From the NCBI GenBank assembly GCA_964016885.1, contig OZ024742.1, positions 121,210,001-121,274,000 on the forward strand: 64,000 bases of DNA, written 5' to 3'. A program made the position numbers and the translations under genes. This document shows, in pieces, positions 24,954-38,957 of this stretch (its first letter is position 1; the number at the start of each line of letters is the position of its first letter). The DNA is from Eledone cirrhosa (lineage: Eukaryota). A model generated the notes under the pieces. It did no database searches. It was not told the origin of the DNA and was given only the letters and a program-made list of their open reading frames with translations.

Positions 24954-25179
24954 AAGTTCACAGGAACTTACTCTTTCCACTGTGAGAGTGAATACTAAAA
25001 ATGTTCCAGTATCAAATAGGTAAAAAATTATGTAAATTTGTAGTTTTTAATTACTTTATCATTATTACATAGAGAGTAATGGACCCTTTAATAAAATAAA
25101 TTAAACTAAGCTCAGGTGGTATTGACTAGTTACACCTTCCCCATACCACAGACTATCAACAGCTGTGTGTATATATATA

Positions 25180-26071
25180 CTAGCAGTGGTACCCGGCGTT
25201 GCACGGGATAAGGTATTTTGGAACGCGGGCCGCCAACAGACCTAATCATGGAAAAACTGCATGCCTGGACAATATGTAAAGAAAATAAACCGAATACTCT
25301 GATGGCTGGATAATCATTAAGATTTTCCTCGATGAAGCAGGAAAAATGCAGGTTTTCACCTAATGCGGGCCCTAGGGGATCAAGAAAATGAATTTTTTTT
25401 ATGTGCATAATATGGTTTGAAATTTCGGGAAAATCGGCTAGCCCTAAAAAGTTGAAAAAATGAAGTTTTTCACCTAATGTGGACCCTAGGCCATAAAAAA
25501 GTTGGTTTTTCTTTGCTCACAGTATGAAGAAGAGACTGACTAATACATAGTTACAATTTCAAGGAAATCGGTCTGACGTAACGCCTCAAAAAAACCCTAA
25601 AAAGCTTTAAAAACGCAGTTTTCACCTAATGCGGGCTCTAGGAGACAAAATATTGAATTTATTTTATGTGCATAACACTCCCTGAAACATAAGTAATACA
25701 CATGTAAAGTTTGAAAAAAATCGGTTGGGTACTCTCGAGTTTTAGGGATTCAAACTCACAGACACACACACACAGACAGACATCCCCAGGGAAGTGACGT
25801 AATGCAGACAGCCAGACATACAGACAGATATTATAAGGGCGCGACGTTACATGTATGTATCTATCTAAAGAGAGAAAGACTAAGAATTATAGAGAGAGAT
25901 CGCTAAATCGCCTAATGCGGTCCCTAGGGCATTGAAAATTTGAAATTGTTTTTGCTCAGAACACTCCCTGAAACATAAGTATTACATGTGTAAAGTTTGA
26001 AAACAGTCGGTTGGGTGGTTCTCGAGTTTTAGGGATTCAAACTCACACACACACACAGACAGACATCCTCA

Positions 26072-26080
<9 letters not shown>
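25180..26080 (-). mobile_element. Non-autonomous Helitron
   Basis: Minus-strand 3' end: CCCG-TGCAACGC-CGGG hairpin, then CTAG followed by T; GTCT/GT repeats near the 5' end; four internal CCTAATGCGG.CCCTAGG subrepeats. Confidence 0.75.
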
Positions 26081-26106
<26 letters not shown>

Positions 26107-26564
26107 CCAACATTTTATTGGGATAGTATAAATATTGTTAATTTTTATAAAATGATTTACAATCTCACATAATTTATTGTTAAATCTGATAAGCTCAAAG
26201 ACTTATGTTTGGTAAATTTTGGTCTGGTTGTCTTTTTCCTACACAACAATAGTAAATGATATTACATTTTTGTTAAGTAAATCAGTTGTATCTTTGTATA
26301 TCATAATTAGTAAACTCCCCCCAAAATTAATTCTGTAACCTATTTGAAGTATTTCTATTTCACTCATGAAACTACTTAGTGCCTTTGGTAAAGGCAGGAA
26401 CACAACTTCACTTTGCCCTACCCTCAATAAATTTGAGGTCTCATACTAGTGCAAGAAACTGTTGTTATATATATATATATATCTTTAATATAAAACACAA
26501 TGGTACTATGTCACATTTGTATTTCAAAAGGCAACATCACCTATTGCTGTTTGTGGCTAGACTG

Positions 26565-26708
26565 TTACTTAACAGCTGACTTTCTGTCTTTGTTGAAATT
26601 TCGCTTCAGGAAAATCCCATCTGATTTATGTTTCTGGTTAAATTTTGGTGAATTAGTATATTTGGTAGGCACTTGACTTGATGGTTTGGGTGGAATCTCA
26701 GAATCTTC
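26565..26708 (-). CDS. ANKRD42: ANKRD42-like exon 12 (terminal)
   Basis: TTCCAG acceptor phase 0; EDSEIPPKPSSQVPTKY..DGIFLKRNFNKDRKSAVK*; AATAAA at 26178-26173. Confidence 0.65.
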   Translation of the reverse strand, partial: EDSEIPPKPSSQVPTKYTNSPKFNQKHKSDGIFLKRNFNKDRKSAVK

Positions 26709-27709
26709 CTGGAAAATATTTTAAAAAGTAAAAAAAAAAATTTCTACAAATGATTTTGAAATTCAAAGAACTCCATTAAAAAGTAAAAAGTATCAAAATC
26801 TGAAGATCATAAAATATAAAGCTATTAATTTCTAATAAACAATGAAATAAAAACAAAAGAAAGAAAAAATAAAATGTTGTTTGCTGATAGATTAAGTTTA
26901 GAACAGGCATCTATTTGAAACAAGATTTACTTCAATAACTCATGCAAATTACTAAATTTGTAAAACAATTCAACACAAAAAAGTAAACAATTTAAATATA
27001 TTTCATTAATACTATTTTCCCCCACTAAACTATATAAAGCATACAAGCAGGTCTTTGTCACCTAATTGGTCTCGGCTCAGCACGTGATAGCTGTGGACTA
27101 GGTGCATTTGTTATGGCAACAGCACTAAGGTGCTCAGTGCCCTTGGTCTTGATAGGAGTATAGGCTGGGGTACAGACATTGCACTCTCACTACATTATCT
27201 TGGCATGTTTCTACAGTTGGATGCCCTTGCAATTTCCAATCACTTTACAAAATGTATTGAGTACATTTTATTGTGGCACCAGCACTCAAGAGGTTTTAAT
27301 GTCTTTGTTGTGACTGATGAGTCCTCTCTAACCTTTTTGGTAACATTCCATGTATTTGTACAAGAATATATAAAAGTGAAACTGGGTGATACATAAGAAA
27401 TAGAGTTGAAGAATACCAAAAAAATCACTGTTCAGAAAAGAAACAATATTGTCAGTAAAATACAAAATGTCATCAACATTTCAACATCCCTTTCTCCACC
27501 TGACATAGAGTGAGTGTGGCTTTGTCACAGCATATTGTCCCTTGTCTTGTTCTTTCATCATCTCATATGTGAAACTTAATATTGTAGAATTTGGTCTCAC
27601 CATGTCTTCCCATAATTTACTCAGTCTTCCTCTGCCATAGATATAATTCACAGATATGAATACATTTTTTAGCTAGTATTATTATCATTTATTATATATC
27701 CTTCATTCG

Positions 27710-27903
27710 AGGGTGGTAGTTTGGCAGTATCAGTAGAGGGTCAGACAACAGGCTTTGCAGCACAGAGTTACGCCCCTTTCTGATCTGAGTTCAAATCCTG
27801 CCGAGGTTAACTTTGCCTTTCATCCTTACAGGGTCGATAAAATAAAGTACCAGTAATGCACTGGGATAATTGCTGGCCTTGTGCCAAAAGTAGAAACAAT
27901 TAT
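27710..27903 (+). mobile_element. tRNA-derived SINE
   Basis: TSD ATTATATATCCTTCATTC. Confidence 0.9.
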
Positions 27904-29159
27904 ATATCCTTCATTCACATCACATGTCCATATTGATGCATACTTCAGCCAACATACTTCATCATACATCCAACAGATCATGTTTGACTCTTTCCTCCCC
28001 AGCCTCTGAAAATCTTTCACTTTTCAATCTCTTTGTTTACTGACAAGCAGTATCACACTTCTTACATATGCACCATACCATTGTGAATGGGCTTTTGAGT
28101 CGCCATTATGACTGAGATTTTGACATATCAAATGGCCATCTCCTTATTCTCAAGCCCTGGAGACAAAAGAAGGAATACTCATAAATAACCTGCTCCCAGA
28201 GTCAATTCCAGCAGCTTCAGAGTTCATATTGACTAGCCAAAATGTAGTGGTCAACTGTCTCACTCACCAACCTTTGGGTCTCTCAGCCAGACCAGTGAAT
28301 TCATCCTATCAACAGAAGTTTGGTAAATACATTTGTAATAATACCTTTGCAAGAAAACACACACACACATCATACCTGATACATAACATCACACAATTCA
28401 ATTGTGGTCATTTGTTTTTTGTGTATTGTTGTTAAAACTTCAATGAATTAGATTTAATAAATTATTAACATATCAGCTCTGTGTTATTGTGGTTTATATA
28501 TTTCATTACCTATGTGATCAAGGTAAATCAATTATCCAAGGAATCATCAAATCATCACCACAATGAACACTGTTACTCACTTACTTGCACACCTGAAAAC
28601 TCTGTATCAGGCACACCAATCTTCCTTCGCCTACACTCTACACAACAGTGACCATATCACTGAGCAATCCATAAGAACCAAATCGCCATTATGACTGAGA
28701 TTTTGACATAACAACCAAATCAACACAACAACCAAATCAACACAACAACATCACCATCCATATATATACATTAGACCTGCTAAATCCCCATATTTGACAA
28801 CTCATCCCCATCTTATACATATGGACATCACCGACCAAATACCATCAGATGAAACAGGTTTGTTAAGAATTTGTTAGCACCAATTAGCTCTCTTTAAGCA
28901 GATTTATGCCACAGAAATAGTGAAATGAGGGAAATATTCAGCCAATGTTTTCAGTTGTAGTCAGAACTTTATTGGAGTGTCATATGATAATCATCAGCAT
29001 GAACTACCTCTTTTATTACAGTCTTCTTTTAAAGGAGGCAACTATTCTATGATGATAAAACTACTGTCATATATGTTGAGTCATAACTCATTGATAGAAA
29101 GACAATGTTTAATAACAATTAAACTGCTAAGATTAAAAAAACATAAGATAGCTACATAC

Positions 29160-29289
29160 ATCTACTTCTTCTGAAGAATGGTTGGCTCCAATTAGAGCAA
29201 GTTGTTGTTGACACACATCGACTTTGGCTTCCAGTTTTTCTCGACGCAGTCGCTCATACTCAAGTTGAGTTTCCAGCTCTTTGATAGTT
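29160..29289 (-). CDS. ANKRD42: ANKRD42-like exon 11 (coiled coil)
   Basis: TIKELETQLEYERLRREKLEAKVD..SEEVD; phase 2-0; donor GTATGT. Confidence 0.85.
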
Positions 29290-30409
29290 CTTTAAAATTA
29301 AACCAATACATTTAATCAATATTTTCAAGTAGAATCAGTAATAGTTTCTAATGTAGGTACAAAGCAATTTGGGAAAGAGGAAACTCAATTATATCAATGC
29401 CTATACTTCACTGGTATTTTATTTTATTGACCCTGTAAAGATGAAAAACAAAGTTAACCTTAGCAAAATTTTAACTCAGAACATAAAGAGCTGGAACAAA
29501 CACTGTAAAGCATTTCGTCCAACACTCTACTGATCCTCCATTCCCCCACCCAGAAGAATCAATAATGAAGACTATTATAAAATATCATTATATATTGCAA
29601 ATCCCGCCGAAGTTGACTTTGCCTTTCATCCTTACGGGGTCAATAAAATAAAGTACCAGTAATGCTGGCCTTGTGCCTAAAGTAGAAACAATTATATATT
29701 GTAATATGAATTATAGTGATAAGAATCATTATTTATTGATCTAGCAAAATAGAATTTGTTTGAAAAACTGTTAAAACTATTGTTATCTCCCAACATCAGC
29801 CTTGATGGAGTTGATATAATCAAGAATAGTGGTCATGATCATCCCAACTTATTTTCAGATTCAGTTTATCTAGGAGTATATTATCCAATATTTCCACCGT
29901 TTTGAAGGTGGTAGAGGGAGTTAGCTCCTATTTATAGCAAGTCAAGTAGCCTTGTAGAGTCCCTCTCACTGGTTCTCATCATCATTTAATGTCCACTTTT
30001 TCCTGCTTGCAAGGGTGGGATGGGTCCTCTTCAACACAGCATCTCTCCATTCGTCAGATCTCACCACCTCCGCCCATGTTTTTCGTGGTCTTCCTCTACT
30101 GCGTCTTCTATGTTTCAACTGGTTCTACGTTGTCAAATTGATTCCATTGTCATCAAGTAAATATTGATTTCTTACACTGGTGTAAGAGCAAAGCCAGCCA
30201 GCCGAAGATCTAGAGGCAGACAACGAGCAAGATGGTTGGATAATATCCATAAGCTCAGTTGCTCAGACTTGGGGGTCCATCCTGATCATTTGGAGATGGT
30301 TGCTTCTGATAGGACCCACTGGGAGGTGGGTCTGAGGACTACCTTCATGACCCTCTTTGGAATAAGTGGGTGAAGAAGAAGAAAAAGAAGATGTACAAAA
30401 CCATAAAAT

Positions 30410-31070
30410 TTGGTAGTGGTGGTGGTGGTGGTGGTGACGGTAGTGTTGGTGATTCAAGTGTGGTGGTAGTGGTGTTGGTGTTGGTATTGGTGGTGATGGT
30501 AGTGGTAGTGGCAGTGGTGATGGTGGTGGCGATGTTGTTGTTGGTGGTGGTGATGGTAGTGGTAGTGGTAGTGGTAGTGGTGGTGGTGGTGGCAATGTTG
30601 TTGTTGTTGTTGGTGGTGGTGATGGTAGTGGGAGTGGCAGTGGTGATGGTGGTGGCGATGTTGTTGTTGGTGGTGGTGGTGATGGTAGTGGTAGTGGTAG
30701 TGGTAGTGGTGGTGGTGGTGGCAATGTTGTTGTTGTTGTTGGTGGTGGTGATGGTAGTGGGAGTGGCAGTGGTGATGGTGGTGGCGATGTTGTTGTTGGT
30801 GGTGGTGGTGATGGTAGTGGTAGTGGCAGTGGTGATGGTGGTGGCGATGTTGTTGTTGGTGGTGGTGGTGATGGTAGTGGTAGTGGTGGTGGTGCTGGTG
30901 TTGATGGTGATGGTGATGGTAGATGGTAGTGATGTTGGTGGTATTGATGTCGGTGGTGATGTTGGCAGTGATGTTGGCGTTGGTGGTGATGGCAGTGGTG
31001 GTAGTGATGGTGATGGCAATGTTATTGTTGGTGGTGGTGTAGGTAGAGCTGCTGCTACGGATGATGATAA
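30410..31070. repeat. (GGT/GTA/GTT)n array with higher-order repeats
   Basis: Direct reading; explains the poly-V/P/T ORFs. Confidence 0.95.
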
Positions 31071-31103
31071 TGAAGTGAAATTAAATGTAAAAAAAGTTTA
31101 TAC

Positions 31104-31230
31104 TGATTTTTTTCTTGTACGTCTTTCATTTGTTTACTTTCTTCTGGCACCATTCCACCAAGTTGACTACAGTTCTTCCTTGCTATTGCAAGCTGATCTT
31201 CAAGTTCCTGCATCTTTTGTTTTGCTCGGT
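31104..31230 (-). CDS. ANKRD42: ANKRD42-like exon 10
   Basis: DRAKQKMQELEDQLAIARKNCSQLGGMVPEESKQMKDVQEKNQ; phase 1-2. Confidence 0.8.
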
Positions 31231-31279
31231 CTACAATAAACAAACAGAAATAAGGATCAAACTGCTATGTACTGGTTAC

Positions 31280-31375
31280 TGATGGCAATGATGGTGATGA
31301 TGATGATGGTGGTGATGGTGGTGGTGATGATGATGATGATTATTATGATGATGGCAACAGCAATGATGGTGCTGG

Positions 31376-31419
<44 letters not shown>

Positions 31420-31718
31420 GTGATGGTGGTGGTGATGATGATGATGATTATTATGATGATGGTGATGATGGTGATGATGGTGATGATGATGCAGATGATT
31501 ATTATGATGATGGCAACAGCAATGATGGTGCTGGTGATGATGATGATGATGATGATGACAATGATGATGATGGTGGTGGTGGTGGTGGTGGTGGTGATGA
31601 TGATGATTATTATTATGATGATGATGATGATGGTGATGGTGGTGGTGGTGATGATGACAATGATGACGACGATGATGATGATGGTGATGATGATGATGAC
31701 AATGACGATGATGACGAC

Positions 31719-31752
<34 letters not shown>

Positions 31753-31863
31753 GCAATGACATTGATGATGGAGGCGATGGTGATGATGATGGTGATGATG
31801 ATGATGGTGATGATGATGATGATGATGATGATGGTGGTGGTAACGATAATGATGACAATGGCA

Positions 31864-31896
<33 letters not shown>

Positions 31897-31926
31897 GTGG
31901 TGGTAACGATAATGATGACAATGGCA

Positions 31927-31959
<33 letters not shown>

Positions 31960-32070
31960 GCAATGACATTGATGATGGAGGCGATGGTGATGATGATGGT
32001 GATGATGATGATGGTGATGATGATGATGATGATGATGATGGTGGTGGTAACGATAATGATGACAATGGCA

Positions 32071-32103
<33 letters not shown>

Positions 32104-32133
32104 GTGGTGGTAACGATAATGATGACAATGGCA

Positions 32134-32166
<33 letters not shown>

Positions 32167-32277
32167 GCAATGACATTGATGATGGAGGCGATGGTGATGA
32201 TGATGGTGATGATGATGATGGTGATGATGATGATGATGATGATGATGGTGGTGGTAACGATAATGATGACAATGGCA

Positions 32278-32310
<33 letters not shown>

Positions 32311-32340
32311 GTGGTGGTAACGATAATGATGACAATGGCA

Positions 32341-32373
<33 letters not shown>

Positions 32374-32413
32374 GCAATGACATTGATGATGGAGGCGATG
32401 GTGATGATGATGG

Positions 32414-32444
<31 letters not shown>

Positions 32445-32630
32445 GATGATGATGATGGTGGTGGTAACGATAATGATGACAATGGCAATGATGATGATGA
32501 TGATGATGATGACAATGATGATGATGGTGATGATGATGATGACAATGACAATGACAGTGATGATGATGATGATGATGGTCACGATGGTCATGACAATGAT
32601 GGTGATGGTGATGATGATGATGATGATGAT
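31280..32630. repeat. (GAT)n-derived array with a 207-bp higher-order period
   Basis: Marker TGGCAATGACATTG recurs at 31751, 31958, 32165 and 32372. Confidence 0.95.
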
Positions 32631-32847
32631 ACTGCTTTTTTCTTTAGAAAATTTCTTGTTGTGATCCGAGTCCTCCATCAATTTCTACTGTCTTCTAAAT
32701 AAAACCAGATCTAGCCAACATGTTTTTAACTTGGTCCTGCAAAGCTTAATCTATCACTTGTTAATATGATTTATAAAATAAAACCAGATAAATATGTAAT
32801 AAATGTACAGTATTGCCTTAATTTATTCTAATAAAGAAAATATATAT

Positions 32848-33040
32848 CATAATTGTTTCTACTTTAGGCACAAGGCCAGCAATTACCCAGTGCATTACTG
32901 GTACTTTATTTTATCGACCCTGTAAGGATGAAAGGCAAAGTCAACCTCGGCGGGATTTGAACTCAGATCGTAAAGGGACGTAACTATGCTGGAAAGCATG
33001 GCGTCCGACCCTCTACCGATACTGCCAATCCACCGCCCTT
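32848..33040 (-). mobile_element. Young tRNA-derived SINE, about 30 nt from an exon donor
   Basis: Consensus copy; TSD AAATATATATCATAAT. Confidence 0.92.
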
Positions 33041-33068
33041 AAATATATATCATAATGATGCACATTAC

Positions 33069-33155
33069 CTAATGCTTCATCCTTTTTATATGTATCATGT
33101 GTTGCGGAGTTTCTAGACAGAGAATCCAGATCAAGTCGTGGAATTTCCTCCTCTT
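33069..33155 (-). CDS. ANKRD42: ANKRD42-like exon 9 (linker)
   Basis: TTTTATAG acceptor; EEEEIPRLDLDSLSRNSATHDTYKKDEAL; donor GTAATG; phase 1-1. Confidence 0.7.
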   Translation of the reverse strand, partial: KRRKFHDLIWILCLETPQHMIHIKRMKH

Positions 33156-34447
33156 CTATAAAATAAAAATAAATATTAGATCAGAATTCATCAGTTTTGA
33201 TAAAGACAAGTTTCACTGTGACACACATTTTTACAACTAGCTCTGTAAAAAAGAAAAGCAGACATAACAAGGAACAAGTTTTAGCAAAGAGAAAACATCA
33301 GCTCTAAGTCAAAACTCAAAACATAAAATATAAAAAGCAGCCATAGTGTTCTTGTAACTGTGCTCTATCTAGTCAGCCTCAACTGTTGGTACAGATATCA
33401 TGTTGTGTCTATATAAAAACACCATTGTTCTCCATACAGAAATCAATGTATGCCAATGAAACCTGGAAGAGCATGGCAAAGATTAACAGAAAGCTGAATA
33501 TATTCCAGCAAAGATGCCTCAGAAATATTACAAAGGTAATCTGGTGAGACCAGATTATAAATGATGAGATCCTAAGGAAAGCAAAGTCATGACCTCTGCA
33601 AGAGATAATTATACAGCAATGGTTCTCCTTGGCTGGCTACGTTCTTCATCTATCTGATCACTGGCAATCGAAAATGGTGATAAGCTTGTCACCCAATGCA
33701 CTAACCAATGCAGGAAGACCTAAGTCTAAGTAAGTCAAACCAGTTATGTTGTAGAATTGTAGAAACAAGAATAGCAAGTAATTTGCTAACATTGGGCAGA
33801 AATCAATTCTCACCTAGACATAAACAAGCGAAAAAAAAAGTAGCATGAAAGTTAAAGTTATATACTTAACATAAGATTGTATGTTTGGACATGTAATTTT
33901 TGATGGAGGTGTAGGAGCATTTAAAACCTGGTGTAGCCCATCCCTCTCCATGTCTGAACACAACTAATTTCTTCCAGAGATTGAGAGTTAGAGAGTGATA
34001 GAGAGGAGGTAAGAAAGAGATATAGAGGAAGAATCTACCCCAGTACTGGTCTGGTATTTTTTTTATCAACCTCGAAAGGATGAAAGGAAAAGTTAACCAT
34101 GGCAGGATTTGAACTCAGAATGCAGAGAGCCAGAATGAATACTGCAAACCATTCTATCCAATGTCCTAATGACTCTTTGCCACCTTTAGGAAGGATTAAA
34201 TACACACAAACAAAAAATTATTAGTGAAACAGTTCGGTTTGAGCAAGACACAGTCACCTGACCTAACTTGTTTCATAATGTGACAACCCATCTAAGCATA
34301 GAAAACAGATGTTAATTGGTGATGATGATGATGACATCAGCATAAATTTCAAAAAACTTTGCTCCATGCCAGAGAAAGAGTATGTAACAGCAAACAGCAG
34401 CGATACTGGATTGAAAGAAAATACATTCTAAACCTGTTACATCCAAT

Positions 34448-34602
34448 CAGTGCTGGATTTAGGCCCTGTGCTAGTTAAGTTATGAGGCCCCTTACTTGGG
34501 CCCTGAAGGAGGTAAAACATTTTTTTGGCAGGAAGATGGGTCCCCTGGCCAACAGGGCCCTGTGCTTAAGCACACCTAAGCACAATGGTAAATCCAGCGC
34601 TG
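34448..34602. mobile_element. hAT-type MITE
   Basis: CAGTGCTGGATTTA / TAAATCCAGCGCTG; 8-bp TSD CATCCAAT/CAACCAAT; second copy at 54650-54815. Confidence 0.8.
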
Positions 34603-35330
34603 CAACCAATGTACCATTATCTCTATAATTGTTTCTACTTTTGGCACAAGACCAGCAATTACCCCAGTGCATTACTGGTACTTTATTTTATCGACTTTGT
34701 AAGAATGAAAGGCAAAGTTAACCTCGGTGGGATTTGAACTCAGAACTTTACGTTCTGAGTTCAAATCCCACCTTTCTATAATACCACCCAAACATGTACA
34801 GGGAAATGGCCTTTTCAAAATATATGGAGACACTAAAAAATAAAAGTGACAGCAGCATTGTAAGAGCAAGAGTATGTTACTTGTGTTTCTGGAAAACAAT
34901 ATTATATTAACACAGGCATATAAAATCCTCAATAAAAGATTGAAACAAATACTATGTAAAGAATTGTAATATGCTATAACCAGACAGTTTAAAATAAAGC
35001 AGAAGTTTTGAAAGTTTGCTAAGATCTCTGCTGGTAACAAATAAATTATCTCTCCAAGTGAAGAGCAGATTGTATGATGCATGTGTACCATGGTGGAAGA
35101 GACCTGTCCAACCCCTGCAAATGAGGAAATAATAAGTGTAAAACAGGTGATGATGATAGTATACATTACCAAGAAATAAAACAAAATGAATGTAGAAGCA
35201 TGTGTGTGTGTGTGTGAATGTATATCTGTGTGTACATGCATGTGAATGCATGTGTGTGGGCGTGTATGTGTCTGTATGTATCTGTGTCACTGTGTCTGAG
35301 TGTCAATGTGTATGGGTCTCTCTGAGCAAA

Positions 35331-35422
35331 TGTGTATGTCATTGTGTATGTCATTGTGTATGTCATTGTGTATGTCATTGTGTATGTCATTGTGTATGTC
35401 ATTGTGTATGTCATTGTGTATG
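35331..35422. repeat. 12-bp tandem repeat TGTGTATGTCAT
   Basis: About 7.5 copies. Confidence 0.9.
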
Positions 35423-35448
35423 TATATTATGAAGCAGTTTTCACTAAC

Positions 35449-35601
35449 CTGGGCATGCATCCTGTAACAATTTAATACATGCCAAATGAGCAAAGCGTTC
35501 AGCTAAATCCCTTGGTGTATCACCACTATGGTTACAAATGGCTACATTAGCACCCATTTCAATTAACCACTGCAAAATATTACTTTGTCCCTGGCCTGCA
35601 G
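35449..35601 (-). CDS. ANKRD42: ANKRD42-like exon 8
   Basis: AAGQGQSNILQWLIEMGANVAICNHSGDTPRDLAERFAHLACIKLL; phase 1-1. Confidence 0.92.
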
Positions 35602-35819
35602 CTGAAAGAGAAAAAGAACAAAAGAAAGAGATCATTTTATGATTGTTGTTAAATCAATGATCAAGTAAATCTATAATCAATAGCACTCCAGCTCCAATAA
35701 CCTATCTCATTTCCAAATAGTCTGTAGCCCAATAATTGAAACCAGTAAAAGAATACAAGAAGAAAAGAAGAAAAATGAGATTAATGTAAAGATTCATTTA
35801 AATAGCTTAAAGTCTAAAG

Positions 35820-36110
35820 TCTGTCTTAAGCCAGAAGGCTCGTTAGGTTGGTGCTTATCCAGCTTTCATGGCATGAAGTGACTGAGAGTACAAGACTTCC
35901 CCCTGGACAAGACACTAGTCCATCGCAGGGTTAAACCCCCAGCTATTGCTGGTACTCATTTTCAGCTGATTATACTGGATCAACGTGAAATGAAGTGTTT
36001 TGTTCAACACGCAGCCCAGGAATTGAGCCCACGACATTATGATCATAAGTTGAACACTCTTACCACTAAGCCACATACACCTCCACTCACTAGACCACGT
36101 GCCTCCATTT
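35820..36110 (-). mobile_element. CORE-like tRNA SINE (related copy at about 54950-55230)
   Basis: TGGCTTAGTGGTAAGAGTG head; AAAACACTTCATTTCACGTTG..CAGCTGAAAATGAGT core. Confidence 0.7.
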
Positions 36111-36132
36111 AAATAGCAGATATTTTTTTTAC

Positions 36133-36258
36133 CTTTATGAGCCAAGGTGGATCCATTGTTATCACACTCATTGATGCTGACAATACCATTTTCTACCAAC
36201 ATTTGCAAATGTTCCAGGTTGCCCCTGGATGCAGCCACATGTGCCGGAAAAGATATAT
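36133..36258 (-). CDS. ANKRD42: ANKRD42-like exon 7
   Basis: NISFPAHVAASRGNLEHLQMLVENGIVSINECDNNGSTLAHK; phase 1-1. Confidence 0.92.
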
Positions 36259-38347
36259 CTGAAATTAATAGAGATTATTGCATGCAGTGGAATTATAATG
36301 ACCCAGCTGTAGATGTATCAAATAACTTTCTGACACTTTATATTTTACAATACTTTTTTTCTTACTGTTTAGTTAGGGAAGAACAGTCAGCTCCCAAGAC
36401 CCTTTATTTTTTTCAGAGCTTCTGAGACTGGTGACAGGAATGGGGAAATTATCCCCGAATATTTGCAATAAATAAAGTGAACTCTGCTAAAGGCAAAGTG
36501 TCAAATGGTGGTGCTAAACTGAGTGGCAGATTAAATCTGCTTTGTAGAAGCCAGTGGTGTTGTATGGGTGTGCAGGGTGTGCAGATTATATAGGGTGGCC
36601 ACGTGGGGTGGGGGAAACCCTTTATATACGTATATTTGGCTACCACACAGGATGGTTAAAACACATGTTACAACACTGGTTAAAAGCTGGAACAAATATC
36701 ATAAATCATCTTGTCTGACATTCTAACAATTCTAACAACCTACTGCCCTGGGTTGCTACTTTATTTTATCCCCTCACCCCCAAAAAAGGATAAGAGTTAA
36801 AATCAACCTAAACAGGATTTGGACTCAGAGTACAGAGAGCTGGAATAAATACAACAAGGCATCTTTCTAATAATCTAACAATTCTGTCAATACACCATGA
36901 AATAAAAAACAAAAGTTACGAAGTGTATCAGGTCTATTATATGATGTAATTCTTTCAGTTTCAACTCACAATCTTCTTCAAAAAAGGGGATTTTTTTAAA
37001 GGAACAGACAAAAATAAAATCCTTTCTAAATTCCTACAAGTTTACTCCATAAAATTGGTATAATTTGATGTAGCAGAGAGCCCTAATTTTTAGGAAAACA
37101 GTGGCATATGTGAGTTGAAAAGAAGTTGGGTTCAAGTGGGAAACTACATTATTGCCTTGGGTCCTTATTGGCTTATGTTTTGCTCTATAATAACATTGGA
37201 TGATATTTGCAAGATATCATTGATGTCTTATATATGCATGTATAAGAAAACGAGAATGGATGTTTTTGGATGCTATGATGAGACATTCATGCCTTTCTCA
37301 AGGATATTTAAGATACAAGTTATGATAAGAATTCAAAATAAAGTCACAAACTAATCAGGATAAATTCCTCTTTTACATTAATTTACTCTTTATTTGAATA
37401 AGTTAGTCAAAAGAGAAAGTATAGTAGCTTTGATGATCATTGCAGGTCCTCCCAGACTAGGGAAAGAATTCCATTGGGATCCTGTTCTAAGAGGAAAGAT
37501 TGGGAATGTTTGATAGGAAGGGGGGAGGGTAAGTCACATAAGGATGATATGAAAAGAGACAAATGTGATAGGTGAGAAAACATCTAAATAAGTTAGAGGG
37601 CAGTAGCCATTGTTGTAGTGATAAAAAAAGACAAAGAAAAGAAAGAGTGTATTTGCAAGCTAGTGGTAACAGCATATGGGTTAATTAATTGAATGGTATT
37701 GTATGTAAAGGGTTAGCAACAGTCCAGGGTTAAAGTTCTTCCTCTAAAAGTAATTTTAGTGTTTGAGATGCAGTTTTAACAGTATAAAAAATTATCAGAT
37801 GTAAGATCTAGTTTTTGTAGTGACTTTGGGGATTTTAGTTGTATGTTACTTATGGCTAGAAAGTGAACAAAACTGTTTCACAGATATTTGTAGCGACTAA
37901 GTCTTTGTTCTAATAAAAGTGACAAGGTTGTCATCTTCCCATTGAAGACAGATATAAAGTTTTTCTTCATGGTGTCTATGTATGCTTGGTGTGAGGGTGT
38001 TTAGATTGCATGTGGGTGACTCCTGTGTGTTGAAGGTGGTGAAGGAGTGAAGCATATGTTAGGAGAGTATGTTGATGTTAGGAGAGTATGTTGTTAGAAA
38101 TAACACCAATTAGTTAATTAATAATTACAATAGTATACACAGCAAGGGTATGGCATGAGAGGAAGCTTCAAAGCCAATAAATAACAGATGAATAGAGACA
38201 ACAGTGCACAATTTACCAAGAAGGTTCACCTGCCATACATAATTAAAGGCTTTGTTGATGTCAAACGCAGTATTGTTACTCTCATTAAAGTCAGGTCATT
38301 TTATGCTCTCCATATTTTTCAAATCTTTCATTGGATTTGACAAAGCT

Positions 38348-38778
38348 TAACCCTTTAGCATTTACATTACTCTATATATCCTATTGTATTTTCACAGTAA
38401 ATATCTTATTTCACATAATTATCTCACATAGTATCGAATCTATGAAATTTTGATATTATTTATTTTCAGATGGCAGTGGATTAGCAGTTTCGGTAGAGGG
38501 TCGGATGCCATGCTTTGACGCATAGAGTTACGGCCCTTGCCATTCTGAGTTCAAATCCCGCCGAGGTTAACTTTGCCTTTCATCCTTACGGGGTCGATAA
38601 AATAAAGTACCAGTAATGCACTGGGTAATTGCTGGCCTTGTGCCAAAAGTAGAAACAATTATTTCTTTTCAGAGCAATACCTTAATATAAGTATGAATGA
38701 TTGGTTACAGCTGGTTTGAAGAGAAAGAGGTGAGAGAATTCTGCCCGGATATGGCCAGTTTGAATGCTAAAGGGTTAA
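38348..38778. mobile_element. piggyBac-type MITE containing a nested SINE (38470-38661, +)
   Basis: TTAA-CCCTTTAGCATT ... AATGCTAAAGGG-TTAA; SINE-free copies at 51062-51277 and 55623-55848. Confidence 0.85.
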
Positions 38779-38957
38779 ATGTAAGTTTCTATTACACTGT
38801 ACAGGAAGAGGTAAGCTCCAGGTAAGCTTCAGGTAAGCTAATTTTGCCACAATATTTTCACTTCTGGCATAAGGCTATGAACTTTACATTATTTCATTAA
38901 AAGATTTCCCAGTAAAAAATTTTTTTTATCAATCCAAAGTTATTTCTCTCTACTTAC

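Noticed and set aside
30263-32681. Long poly-I/M/V/S/T/P ORFs
   Set aside because: Translations of intronic trinucleotide arrays with no supporting gene structure.
32630-32695. Possible extra ANKRD42-like exon after TTATTTAG
   Set aside because: In the required phase it hits TGA within six codons and runs into the GAT array.
32848-33040. tRNA gene suggested by A and B boxes
   Set aside because: It is the head of a multicopy SINE with TSDs and does not form a full cloverleaf.
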